Shown in pieces: positions 19,408-29,208 of a stretch of 64,000 nt of DNA. The notes beneath the pieces were generated by a model, which was not told the DNA's origin, did not search any database, and saw only the letters and a program-made list of their open reading frames with translations. The stretch spans positions 123,986-187,985 of the forward strand of contig JAIXOQ010000017.1 of assembly GCA_027486675.1 (NCBI GenBank). The letters are read 5' to 3'. Source of the stretch: Pseudomonadota bacterium (GTDB lineage Bacteria; Bdellovibrionota; UBA1018; CAIMNF01). The position numbers and the translations under genes were made by a program. Position 1 is the stretch's first letter, and every line of letters starts with the position of its first letter.

Positions 19408-20070
19408 ATGAAGCTCGGTTTTCAAGAAGTTAAGGACGAAGAACTCCACTACGAGTTCAATGAGACGGCCCCTTGGGTGATGGAGATTATCGGCAAGCTC
19501 GACGAGCAATCTGTACAAGTCACAAGGCCTGCAAACTGGAAACCACGCTCTCGAAAAACCCGAGTCAACCTCAATATCCATCGCATCGATGAACTCATCT
19601 CAGTTCGCGGAACGATAGAGACTCAGCTTTTTCTGCTCTGCTCCCTGTGTGCCGACGGATTTCCGTTTCCAATTAAAAGAGACTTTAACGCCCTCTATAC
19701 GGTGAACCCAGAGTTTGCTGAGACTCCGAAAGAAAAGTCTCACAATACTTTTGAACCGATGGATCTTGCCAACGACACCCTAGATGATTCCGATCTCGAT
19801 GAAGATGACGAGGATGGTTTTTTTAAGCCCCAAGATCTGGACGGAAGCGACTACGAGGTCACCTTGCTTGAGGAGCCCATCTTAGATTTTCCAACAATCC
19901 TCAATGAACAAATTATCCTTCATATACCGATGCAACCGAAACCAGCTCTGAACGAGGATGGGGACTGCCAAAAATGTGGCAAGCCACAGGAAGCCCTCTA
20001 TCAACCTGCGAAAGAGCCCCTACAAAGGAATCCTTTCGCAGCTCTTAAGAATTGGAAGCGGGAGAACTAA
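19408..20070 (+). CDS. DUF177 (YceD-like) family protein
   Basis: Core VRGTIETQLFLLCSLCADGFPFPIKRDFNALY, and a second C-x2-C near the C-terminus (CQKCGK). Acidic linker. Resembles YceD. Confidence 0.45.
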   Translation: MKLGFQEVKDEELHYEFNETAPWVMEIIGKLDEQSVQVTRPANWKPRSRKTRVNLNIHRIDELISVRGTIETQLFLLCSLCADGFPFPIKRDFNALYTVNPEFAETPKEKSHNTFEPMDLANDTLDDSDLDEDDEDGFFKPQDLDGSDYEVTLLEEPILDFPTILNEQIILHIPMQPKPALNEDGDCQKCGKPQEALYQPAKEPLQRNPFAALKNWKREN

Positions 20071-20882
20071 CTATTTTTCTTCTGATCTCCCTTTTGTGTT
20101 TTTCGCCCGATAGCCTCGCCGCGCTGAATTTAGATTCTTTTATTTCTAACGGCGTGATTGACACCAGTATCTTAGAAGACTCCGTCCCCCAGAACGTCGT
20201 CGATGCAATCGTAAAAACGATGGGTATTTACACCATGCATCGGCCAAGCATGGGCGCCTCTAGTTTAGGAAGCACGGGAACACTTTCAGGCCATGTCGAT
20301 GTCTACATTGAAGGCACGCTTGTTAAGTTTAGTCCGATCATCATCAACGCGCTCAAGCAGACCGAACTTGGAAGTAACGGCATCGGAGACACGTCGAAGT
20401 TTCCGGCCCTTCCAATCGCAAAACTACACGTCGACGCTGCGATCAACGAGCGCACAGCCTTTGGAATATCTGGGATTTACTATCCTGGAAACTACATCGC
20501 TGGAGGCCATATCCAGCATGTTCTTTGGCAACCCGAAGAAGGTCTGTACATCACTGGGCGTTTGTCCGGAACCTATGCTTCCATTCCCATCGCCTACACC
20601 ACTCTCAGTACCTGGAGCCCTGAAATCGTCGTCGGAAAAGCCATGTCCTTTGCCGATCCCTACATCGGAGTTTCCTACACGCTCATCGCGGGAACCTTTG
20701 ATATCACCTTAGACAATCCGCCATTTCCGATCACACGCGTGAAAGCACGAGGGGGCGGCAGTACCGCGTCCTCCTTCATGGGCGTCATTTTTAGAATGCC
20801 CTTCTTTCGTTTGGGCCTGGAAGGATCCTACAACCTGGATGGCTTCCACACCGTCGGTTCCACAGTAGGGCTGAGTTTTTAA
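20052..20882 (+). CDS. Putative outer-membrane beta-barrel / secreted protein
   Basis: Signal peptide (LLISLLCFSPDSLAA). Alternating hydrophobic pattern, C-terminal ...GLSF (aromatic terminal residue typical of OMPs). Confidence 0.4.
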   Translation: MEAGELTIFLLISLLCFSPDSLAALNLDSFISNGVIDTSILEDSVPQNVVDAIVKTMGIYTMHRPSMGASSLGSTGTLSGHVDVYIEGTLVKFSPIIINALKQTELGSNGIGDTSKFPALPIAKLHVDAAINERTAFGISGIYYPGNYIAGGHIQHVLWQPEEGLYITGRLSGTYASIPIAYTTLSTWSPEIVVGKAMSFADPYIGVSYTLIAGTFDITLDNPPFPITRVKARGGGSTASSFMGVIFRMPFFRLGLEGSYNLDGFHTVGSTVGLSF

Positions 20883-23386
20883 ATCTTTGGAAACCAGCGA
20901 CACGCGGCTGAAAGAGCACTCAAGGCAGCTGCTCTGAGTTGATTCACAAATTCACGGTCTAAGTAGGTTTGGCGGTGTGCTGCTGGATTTCTTAAATCCT
21001 GAAGTTGCATGAGTGTCTTTGCCAAATGAATGAGTTCATCGTCCTGGCCGAGAGACGGGATTCGAGCTGTATCTTTGCCAGGAAGTTTTCGACAAAAGAC
21101 CAGGATCACGACTGCCCATGCGCGCAAACCATCAAAAACACGAAATCGATCTTCTGCAATTCGCCCATCAAAGAAAGCCTTCGTCATGGTTTTAGCTTTA
21201 TGCACAGGGATGAGTTCTGTGGGCAGCTTCTTTGTCGCCCCTATCCGTTCTAAGAATCGATCCGGGGCAAGGTAGTCCTCACGGAGCCCCAAACTCTGCA
21301 TCTGCGACTGCACCTCAGACAATCGATTTTCTAGAAGGGGAAAGAATCGCTCCGCGCCTAAACGTCGATCTAAGGTGAGATCAATCGCTTTGCACCACTG
21401 AATCAAGGCCGGCGCTAAATCAAAGGCTCGATCCGCTTTTAGGCTTTCACTCACTAAAAGTTCCGCCGACCGCAAGGTCGATTGAATCACCGGAGGGAGT
21501 GCCGCAAATTCTGGTAAGTCTTTTACTATCGACTCATCCAGGTGTGGAATGGAGGCTTTTATTTTGTCCCCACCTGCGCCTCCTAAACGATCCCTCAGCG
21601 CCGTCCATTTGTTGAGCGCAACGTGATTTGGAGACTTTTGAATAAGCGCATCCATCCGGGATACCAGGCTTGGATCAGCCTCACCTGGGATGGGCTTAAA
21701 CCTGCGATAAATCACATCCACAATTTCTGGATCATCCGAATGGCTTTCTAACACATGAACCAAAGCTGCGCGTGCAGTAGGCAGTTCAATACGCAGTAAA
21801 CTATCGACTGCCCGACCCAGGATGATTGGATGCTTTGATTCGGTTTCCACAATATTTAAAAGTCTGGAAACCGCTCCTTGAGACCTTCGAAATGAACCCA
21901 GCGCAATGACTGCATGGAGGCGCACTGCATCCTGATCGGACCTAGACTCGGAAAGGGTCCACTCTTCAAATTCTGGGACTGGGGCTCTACGAATCATTCT
22001 GAGAAGGGCCAACTCAGACGCTTCACCTAAATGAGGACCTGTTTTTATGCATTGGATCAGGAACTGAGAAAGAGGTCCCGGCTTCAGCTGATCGAGATGA
22101 TTAGAAAAGAGTTCTAGTAAATGCGGCAGCAGCTCTTTTTGCACGCCGCTGTTCAGCGTCAGGAAGTCCTGAAGGATTTTCTGGCAGTCGAGCGTGGTCT
22201 TTATACTAGCCCCGAATCGAAGCCACGCTTTCTGCACCACTAAAGAAGAGACCGAAGAAAACTTATAGAAATCTTCAAGATATTCAGAGGAATTGCCGAT
22301 TTCTGCGATCGCACGAATCGCGCGAGCCCTGCCTTCGTCTGATCCCCTAAGAAGCTGGCTGCGCGGCAAATCCACTTTCTTACCAATCGAAGCAGCCATT
22401 TGCCAAAGGTTGATCCAAGCAATCTGTGTATGAGTGTCTGCAGCCAACCCCAGTTGGGTGCCGAGCATCTCTTGTAAATCAGTCGTTCCCTGAGCAAAGA
22501 GCACCATCCACTGAGCAGCGTCAGGGTCTGAGAACAAGTTCTTGGGCCTACGGGACTCTCCCAAACGAGCCGCAACTTTAAAGTCTGAAGCATCCCACGT
22601 AACAGCCTGAATCAGTTCAGCCGCCCATGAGGTATCGACCCCATGCAGCACAGAGATCGTCTGACTTGCGGTCAGCGGCGTGAATTGCGAAAGGGCAGAT
22701 TGGACCTCCGTGTCTGGGTATGTACCCAGTTCAAAGGACAAATGGGAATGATGACTTTCCTCTGACAAAAGAGTCTGCAAAACCTGTATTGCACGAACCC
22801 CTTTGCGCGCAGTTGCTTGCTTGATAGCCGCCTGGGCTAATCGGTCTAAGGCCGGACTCTCCTGGAACAGAGACCGAAGTTCTTCGATTTCATGGGGGCT
22901 ACGGCTGATTGAACCCAGTGCCATCAGACAGGCCTTCTTCAGCTCTATACTACAATCGCCCTGCAGCATTCGAATCAAACGGGTGGCCATTCCAGCATGT
23001 CGAAATTCGCTCAAACTTAAGATCACTGCTTCCTGGTGACGGCTTTGCTCTGCTTCAAATCCTGCCTTGTCCCACTCCTTCACCAATGCGTGCTTCACCT
23101 GGAGCCAAGGGATTGCGTTTGCTGCCTCCACCCAATCGGTCAGTAAAGATGGCTGAATTTTTTCGTAAAGACTTAAGAATGCAGCGCTCGCATAGGGATC
23201 CCTCATTTGCGCGAGGGACCTCAGTGCGAGCGCTGCTTCGCCCAGATCCTTGGGGTCAACGATGACTTCCATCAGAAGTTCTATCGTTCGTGGATGAGGA
23301 AATGCCCTCATTTTTTTGAGAGCAGCGATCCGTGTTTTTCGCCATTCACTCTGCCGATACGAAAAAACAAGATCACGTGCTTTCAA
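20879..23386 (-). CDS. Large HEAT/PBS-lyase-repeat protein with a C-terminal HEPN-like region
   Basis: 835 aa. Recurring HEAT-like repeats (DPEIVDVIYRRF, AVRLHAVIALGSF, RARAIRAIAEIGNS). C-terminal LQDLRNPAAHRQTYLD contains an R-x4-H motif. Confidence 0.5.
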   Translation of the reverse strand: MKARDLVFSYRQSEWRKTRIAALKKMRAFPHPRTIELLMEVIVDPKDLGEAALALRSLAQMRDPYASAAFLSLYEKIQPSLLTDWVEAANAIPWLQVKHALVKEWDKAGFEAEQSRHQEAVILSLSEFRHAGMATRLIRMLQGDCSIELKKACLMALGSISRSPHEIEELRSLFQESPALDRLAQAAIKQATARKGVRAIQVLQTLLSEESHHSHLSFELGTYPDTEVQSALSQFTPLTASQTISVLHGVDTSWAAELIQAVTWDASDFKVAARLGESRRPKNLFSDPDAAQWMVLFAQGTTDLQEMLGTQLGLAADTHTQIAWINLWQMAASIGKKVDLPRSQLLRGSDEGRARAIRAIAEIGNSSEYLEDFYKFSSVSSLVVQKAWLRFGASIKTTLDCQKILQDFLTLNSGVQKELLPHLLELFSNHLDQLKPGPLSQFLIQCIKTGPHLGEASELALLRMIRRAPVPEFEEWTLSESRSDQDAVRLHAVIALGSFRRSQGAVSRLLNIVETESKHPIILGRAVDSLLRIELPTARAALVHVLESHSDDPEIVDVIYRRFKPIPGEADPSLVSRMDALIQKSPNHVALNKWTALRDRLGGAGGDKIKASIPHLDESIVKDLPEFAALPPVIQSTLRSAELLVSESLKADRAFDLAPALIQWCKAIDLTLDRRLGAERFFPLLENRLSEVQSQMQSLGLREDYLAPDRFLERIGATKKLPTELIPVHKAKTMTKAFFDGRIAEDRFRVFDGLRAWAVVILVFCRKLPGKDTARIPSLGQDDELIHLAKTLMQLQDLRNPAAHRQTYLDREFVNQLRAAALSALSAACRWFPKI

Positions 23387-23414
23387 TGACCACTCCCCCT
23401 ATTTCGTCTATCCG

Positions 23415-23756
23415 CTAAGCTTTCTTCGCGTCCACTTTGCGGTTAAATGTACGGCACCAGCCTTTAGCGGCGACTTCTCCCGTAGGAAAAATCGTGCATT
23501 TTCCATTCACCTTATCTACGGGGGAGTAGAAGGTGCAGTTTGCACAGACATCGTCATTCTTCTTTTTGAGCTTTTTCCACTCGTCGCTTTTCGTCGCGTC
23601 GTGGACGTAAGCCAAACTCAAAGCCAACCCCTTTTTTTCCTCAATGAGGGCGGAAAATGCCTCCCGAATCTTAAAAAATGGGGAAACGGCTACGGCTCCA
23701 ACAACCAGACCGAGCCTCTTCAAAAATTCTCTACGCTGCGTAAGATTGTCTTTCAT
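23415..23756 (-). CDS. High-potential iron-sulfur protein (HiPIP), Tat-secreted
   Basis: Twin-arginine signal (RREFLKRLGLVVGAVAV). Four Cys in HiPIP spacing (CANCTFY...GKCTIF...GWCRTF). 113 aa. Confidence 0.75.
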   Translation of the reverse strand: MKDNLTQRREFLKRLGLVVGAVAVSPFFKIREAFSALIEEKKGLALSLAYVHDATKSDEWKKLKKKNDDVCANCTFYSPVDKVNGKCTIFPTGEVAAKGWCRTFNRKVDAKKA

Positions 23757-23817
23757 TAGTTTAAACGTTTCCTTTCCCTTTCTATTCTACCCAAGATCGC
23801 TGACAATTAACCTTCGA

Positions 23818-26800
23818 ATGAAAGTACCGAGCCTGCAGGACCTAAAGCGCCTTGGTCCGCGACAACTGCGCCAAAGTCTTGAACCCTCTGCGTTAGAGAG
23901 GGGAGCCCAGTTTTTGCGCGAAGGCGCTTTTGATGGAATTGAAATTAGTCAGATGGGCTCATCCGGCCAACGGATCGAGTTTCAATTTGTCGATCCTGCC
24001 TACCCGCAGGCGCGCTGCAGCCTAGACGTTGAGTCCCCAGGCCGCCCCGTCTATACAGCGTGCGACTGCAATCACGCTTCTCACGGAATCTTCTGCAAGC
24101 ACCAAGCGGCCGCCGTTTTGGTCTGCGCCTATGCTCTAGGTGCAATCGATGAATTTGCCCGTCTCCCCGACCCCGTCCTTAAGAAAATTGATACCGTGGC
24201 TCCCGAACTGGAGCGCCTCAGGGCTCAGAGAGCCTCTGTTGAGGCAGCGGCTGCCAAGCAGAATGCTCCCGCCCTTCAGGCCATCATCCTCCTAGATCTC
24301 ATTGATATTGAGGCCCTTGAGCTCGAGCAAGTCGTTTTCACCCGCACATTTGAACGCCGTCCTCGGGACACTGCCTACGTTTCCTACCTTCGCCCTGGGG
24401 ATTTTGTTGACCTGGGTCGGACCCTCTATCTTTTCGACGATGGGACGCTGTGTCGATCCCGGGATCTTCCCTTCTTTGCGGGGGTGACCGATTTAGCTCC
24501 CGAGCTGATTCCTCAGTCGGAAACGCTCGCATCCTGGATCGCGTCCATCTCTCGGTTTCAACAGCTACGTGCACTTCCTGTGTTCCTTTCAAGCGTCGCT
24601 CGCTTTATGGAAGACCGTCGTGCAGTGCGTCTAAATGGCGTATTACCCCATGTTCCAGATGAATTGGAACGAGCACTCATTGCAGAACAACTCAAGGGTG
24701 AACCTGAAAAAGTTCGCGTCCGATATGAAGTTCCTGAAGCCCTCTGGTTACTGGGTGGCACCTTTGCTTTGCACCGGAAAGACGGAACGCTTTCACCCCA
24801 CCGCTTAGAGCGGGGCGGCCGAGCTCCAAGCGAAGGAATTTTTACGGCACCTGCAGAGCTTGCGAAATTTTCGCATCAACATGGCTCACTTGGCCTCAGG
24901 CTGACTGGAAAACAGAAGGTGCTTTCAGCAGATGAAATCACTCCTTGCGTCGAGCTGACTGATGCAGGGGAACTCTGTTTGACCCTGATCGCAAAGGATG
25001 GCTTAAAGCTCAATGGGTTAACTCCAGCGCAGATGCCGCTCCTTCGTGCGGGTCAAGAGGGTTTAAAATGGCTGATTCCTGAGGATTTCGAGCGCGAAAT
25101 CGAAGGAAAAAAATCCGCAAAGACCCCCACTCATCTCAAGCTCTTTAAACATGCGGGTGTTGCGCTTGTGGTGATTGAAGATTGCCTCTCCATGCTTCTT
25201 GCCGGCACACCTTGGAACGAAGAACAACAAACGAGGCTTGAAGCTAAGGTCGCAATCCTACTTCTTCGCTTAGAGGGCACAGTCGCCGGAGCATTACCTA
25301 AGACGCTGGAATCCATGACCTCCCGCGGAGCACTTGAGATCTTCAGAAAAATTCCAAACGCAATTCGTGATCTCACTTTAAACGCGCCGACGCTGACCTG
25401 GACCAATGGCCTTTGGATCACGATCCCTTCGTGGGGAGCGGTACAAGCTCGCGTCCTCCTTCACTGGCTAAGGGCTCTGTTTGAACTTCGCGGCGGCGAT
25501 CTTTGGTTAAGATCCCGTGATGCGTGGGTTGACCCTGAAGTCGTCGGTCTTTGGGATTCTGACCCAGGCGTAAAGGTCGGACCAAAACATTGGCTGAGAT
25601 TTCAAAATAAGAAACGATTTGAACTCGATCTTTTTCTGAAGGCGTTTTCAACGCTCCCTCAATTTGGTATCGGCATTCGTCTAAACGAGCTCCCAGTTGA
25701 AGAACTCACGGATTCAGACTGGAAGTCTGACTTCATGCTGAGCGAGATCGAACGCGCACCTGGCAAGATTGATTGGTTTGAGCTTCACCCTCGCTTCTAC
25801 CTCCGGGGTGCAGAAATTTCTGAGACACAGGCAAAAGAGCTCGCTGAACGTGGGATGCTCCGCCACAACGGTAAGGTTTTCCGCGTGGCTTCGTCTCTCC
25901 TTCCTCAGATGGAAGAATTGGCGCGCTTCTGGGAACAAATTCAACCCCTCACAGAAGCGAAAGCCACAAAGAAAAAAGCAGGCGAGGAGCGGATCTATCC
26001 ACTGGCCCGTCACGCAACTCTTGAGCTTTTGTTGCTGCGGGCTTCAGGCTTGCCGATCCGCGGTGGTCAGCACTGGGCAAATGTTTGTCAGTTTTATGAT
26101 CGTTTAGGCGAAGAACGTCCTCAATTTGAGATTCCAAAGACCTTCAAAGGGGAACTGAAGCCCTATCAGGTCCGTGGAGTCGAATGGATCCACGATCTTT
26201 ATCAACTGCGCATGGGCGGAATTCTTGCCGACGATATGGGTCTTGGGAAAACAGTCCAAACCTTAGCTTTTTTAGAACACCTGCGCCTCACCGGAGAACT
26301 CGGCCCCACCCTAGTGATCGTCCCTACTTCGCTCACCTTCAACTGGAAGAACGAATGCGAACGCTTTACACCTGGGCTTTCGATGCACCTCTTTCAGTCG
26401 CGTGCGATTGCTGACTATCAAAATTTTATTACGAAGAACCCTGGAAGCGTAGTCCTTGTGACTTATGGACTTCTCGCTGAACACGCAGAAATGTTCCAGC
26501 AAACTGCCTGGAATATTCACATCTACGATGAGGCGCAACATCTAAAAACCCTCACAGCAAAAAGAACGACCGCATCACGTCAAGTTCGCGCTGATTTTAA
26601 AATCTGTCTCACAGGAACGCCGCTTGAGAATCACTTAGGTGAGCTTTTCTCTCTTGTGGATCTCGTGGTGCCTGGAAGTTTAGGCTCGCTCGATCGTTAC
26701 AAACGGACCTACCTCACTTCATATGCGCCGGACCCTGAACGAGTGCGTTACCTCAAGTTAAAGACAAGGCCTTTGATTTTAAGGCGTACTAAGCGCGCGA

Positions 26801-27570
26801 TTCTGACTGAGCTTCCTGCAAAAACAGAAAGCTCCATGAAGATTCCGTTTACCGAAAAGCAACTCAAGATCTACCGCGATATTGCACTGTCTTGGAACTC
26901 CAAGGTGCGTGAGATCGTGGGTAAGGATGGCGAAGCCAAATCCCAGATGATCATGCTGACCGCGCTTTTGCGATTGCGCCAGGCTTGCTCTGCTCCTTCG
27001 GCGATTCCAAACGTGGAATACACGGAAACTCCGCCGAAAGTCTCCCTCTTGATCGACACCTTGTCTGAAGTGATTGAAACCGGTGAAAGTGCCCTGGTCT
27101 TCACTCAATTCATGAGCACCTTCCAAATCATTGCTAAAAAGCTCAAAGAGGCTCAGATCCCATTCTTTGAACTACACGGGAAGGTCTCGAGAAAAGACCG
27201 CGAAGATCGAATCACTTCGTTCCAAAACGCACAAGGCGGCACAGTCTTCTTGATGACTCTAAAAACCGGGGGCGTGGGCTTAAACCTCACCAAAGCAAGC
27301 TACGTCTTCCACCTAGAGCCTTGGTGGAACCCTGCTGTGGAAAACCAGGCAACCGATCGAACTCACAGGATTGGCCAAACGAAGCCGGTACAGGTTTATC
27401 GCTACATTATGAGCGATTCCGTCGAAGAAAAAATCGAGATCTTAAAACAGCGAAAGTCTGCGCAATTTGATGCGCTCTTTAGTGATGCGGAATCGACAGA
27501 TGACCTCTCCGGCAGCTCGGGTCGCTTGTCGCACTCAGACTTCGAGTACCTGCTTGGATTTGGAAAATGA
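23818..27570 (+). CDS. SNF2-family helicase with N-terminal SWIM zinc finger
   Basis: ORF from 23644, but the ATG at 23818 (MKVPSLQDLKRL) avoids overlap with the HiPIP gene. SWIM motif CDCNHASHGIFCKHQAAAV. SNF2_N (LKPYQVRGVEWIHDL...DDMGLGKTVQTLAFL, DEAQHLK). Helicase C (LMTLKTGGVGLNLT...QATDRTHRIGQTKPV). Confidence 0.85.
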   Translation: MKVPSLQDLKRLGPRQLRQSLEPSALERGAQFLREGAFDGIEISQMGSSGQRIEFQFVDPAYPQARCSLDVESPGRPVYTACDCNHASHGIFCKHQAAAVLVCAYALGAIDEFARLPDPVLKKIDTVAPELERLRAQRASVEAAAAKQNAPALQAIILLDLIDIEALELEQVVFTRTFERRPRDTAYVSYLRPGDFVDLGRTLYLFDDGTLCRSRDLPFFAGVTDLAPELIPQSETLASWIASISRFQQLRALPVFLSSVARFMEDRRAVRLNGVLPHVPDELERALIAEQLKGEPEKVRVRYEVPEALWLLGGTFALHRKDGTLSPHRLERGGRAPSEGIFTAPAELAKFSHQHGSLGLRLTGKQKVLSADEITPCVELTDAGELCLTLIAKDGLKLNGLTPAQMPLLRAGQEGLKWLIPEDFEREIEGKKSAKTPTHLKLFKHAGVALVVIEDCLSMLLAGTPWNEEQQTRLEAKVAILLLRLEGTVAGALPKTLESMTSRGALEIFRKIPNAIRDLTLNAPTLTWTNGLWITIPSWGAVQARVLLHWLRALFELRGGDLWLRSRDAWVDPEVVGLWDSDPGVKVGPKHWLRFQNKKRFELDLFLKAFSTLPQFGIGIRLNELPVEELTDSDWKSDFMLSEIERAPGKIDWFELHPRFYLRGAEISETQAKELAERGMLRHNGKVFRVASSLLPQMEELARFWEQIQPLTEAKATKKKAGEERIYPLARHATLELLLLRASGLPIRGGQHWANVCQFYDRLGEERPQFEIPKTFKGELKPYQVRGVEWIHDLYQLRMGGILADDMGLGKTVQTLAFLEHLRLTGELGPTLVIVPTSLTFNWKNECERFTPGLSMHLFQSRAIADYQNFITKNPGSVVLVTYGLLAEHAEMFQQTAWNIHIYDEAQHLKTLTAKRTTASRQVRADFKICLTGTPLENHLGELFSLVDLVVPGSLGSLDRYKRTYLTSYAPDPERVRYLKLKTRPLILRRTKRAILTELPAKTESSMKIPFTEKQLKIYRDIALSWNSKVREIVGKDGEAKSQMIMLTALLRLRQACSAPSAIPNVEYTETPPKVSLLIDTLSEVIETGESALVFTQFMSTFQIIAKKLKEAQIPFFELHGKVSRKDREDRITSFQNAQGGTVFLMTLKTGGVGLNLTKASYVFHLEPWWNPAVENQATDRTHRIGQTKPVQVYRYIMSDSVEEKIEILKQRKSAQFDALFSDAESTDDLSGSSGRLSHSDFEYLLGFGK

Positions 27571-28469
27571 GACGCGAGATCGAGGGTTTCCTCGATCACT
27601 TAAAACTTGAGGCCGGTGTTTCTAAACACACCATCGACGCCTATACGCGCGATCTGAAGCAATTTGAAGACCTGTCCGGCGTTCAGTCCATTGGCGAAAT
27701 CAATACTGGGCACGTACGGGATTTTTTGGCACATCTTGCGAAGAAGTCTGCATCCCCACAAACACAGCAACGTAAATTATCCGCGCTGCGCAGTTTCTTT
27801 CTTTTCTCCCTCAAAGAGGAATGGTTAATCCTGGATCCGACCGAAGGAATCTCTGCGCCACCGAAAGACCGGACTCTGCCGCGGGGGATTTCCCCGGAAG
27901 GGGTGCGCGCACTGCTTGCAACAGTGATGGATGGTTTTCCGTATCCTTCAGCATTACGTGCCGCGCTCCAGTCGCGAGACAGAGCCCTCATTCTTTTGCT
28001 TTATGCTTCAGGCATTCGGGTCAGTGAAGCGACAGGAATTGATCTCAGCCAACTCGATACGGAAGCCCTTTGGGTGAGAGTGATTGGCAAAAGATCTAAA
28101 GAAAGAATTGTTCCCTATCCTCCGCTCGTGAATGAGGCCCTTCTGCATTACGTAAAAGATTTTCGTGGGACCTTAAATCCAGCAGACCAAGCCTTATTTC
28201 TCAATCATCGTGGCCGAAGGATGTCACGCCAAGCCGTGTTCTTGCTGCTGAAGGATCTTGCCCGCCAAGCAGGCATGGGCGCGCCTCCGAGTCCTCACCA
28301 ACTGCGCCATACTTTTGCAACCGAACTCCTGCAAGGGGGTATGGACTTAAGAACACTGCAATCCCTATTGGGACACGCGGATTTAAAGACAACGGAAATT
28401 TACACCCATGTTGCGAACGAAGAGCTAGCTCGGATGGTGGATAAACACCACCCCAGGGGTGGATCATAG
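27567..28469 (+). CDS. Tyrosine recombinase XerC/XerD family
   Basis: Core-binding N-terminal domain. Catalytic R..H..R..Y region (LRHTFATELLQGGMDLRTLQSLLGHADLKTTEIYTHV). Start overlaps the SNF2 stop. Confidence 0.8.
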   Translation: MRREIEGFLDHLKLEAGVSKHTIDAYTRDLKQFEDLSGVQSIGEINTGHVRDFLAHLAKKSASPQTQQRKLSALRSFFLFSLKEEWLILDPTEGISAPPKDRTLPRGISPEGVRALLATVMDGFPYPSALRAALQSRDRALILLLYASGIRVSEATGIDLSQLDTEALWVRVIGKRSKERIVPYPPLVNEALLHYVKDFRGTLNPADQALFLNHRGRRMSRQAVFLLLKDLARQAGMGAPPSPHQLRHTFATELLQGGMDLRTLQSLLGHADLKTTEIYTHVANEELARMVDKHHPRGGS

Positions 28470-29208
28470 TCGACTGCCGCAAAGGCTCTCAATCCATGAT
28501 ACTTTCTTAGTCCGTATGGATAGCTTTGAATCTGGCCTTCAGCGCCTTTCCGTTCAGTTTGTTCCGTTCCTTTTTGCCGTGATCATTCATGAGTTTGGGC
28601 ATGGATGGATGGCCAAACGTTTTGGGGACACCACTGCCGAGGACGCGGGACGCCTCACCCTAAACCCCATCCCACACATAGACATTTTAGGGACCATTTT
28701 TTTCCCTGTGATCAACATGGTTTCTGGAATGAGCGTCATGTTCGGTTGGGCAAAGCCAGTGCCCATCGATCCGCGCCGTTTTAGCAGCGCACGAAAAGGC
28801 CTTTTCTTTGTCTCTCTGGCCGGGCCTGGATTTAATTTCCTGGCCTCACTTGTCTCAGCCATAGGCCTCCTGCTGTGGATCAAGTTCACGCCTCAGGACC
28901 ATTATCTCTTTGAGCCCATCACCTTGATGTTAAACATCGGAGTCATCATTAATTTTGGCTTAGGGTTCTTTAATCTCATTCCGATTCCACCGTTAGACGG
29001 CAGCAAAATGTTAGAGAGCTTTCTTCCAAAACGGCTAGCACTTCGGTACGAGAGTTTTTCTAAGTATGGCTTCGTAATCCTTTTGCTTCTGCTTTTTACC
29101 GGGATGATTCGCTACATTGCAATTCCGGTCTACTTGGCCAGTGAAGCAACACTTCACTTTGCAAGCTTCATCACAGGCATCTCGCTTGAGAACTTAAAAC
29201 CCTTATGA
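28459..29208 (+). CDS. Site-2 protease family (peptidase M50) membrane metalloprotease
   Basis: HExxH in a TM helix (IIHEFGHGWMAKRFGD). Several hydrophobic segments and a second conserved Asp-containing helix. 249 aa. Confidence 0.7.
   Translation: MDHSRLPQRLSIHDTFLVRMDSFESGLQRLSVQFVPFLFAVIIHEFGHGWMAKRFGDTTAEDAGRLTLNPIPHIDILGTIFFPVINMVSGMSVMFGWAKPVPIDPRRFSSARKGLFFVSLAGPGFNFLASLVSAIGLLLWIKFTPQDHYLFEPITLMLNIGVIINFGLGFFNLIPIPPLDGSKMLESFLPKRLALRYESFSKYGFVILLLLLFTGMIRYIAIPVYLASEATLHFASFITGISLENLKPL

Noticed and set aside
23644-23817. Upstream extension of the SNF2 helicase ORF (start at 23644)
   Set aside because: It would overlap the HiPIP gene on the opposite strand by more than 100 bp. The ATG at 23818 gives a sensible N-terminus directly preceding the SWIM finger.
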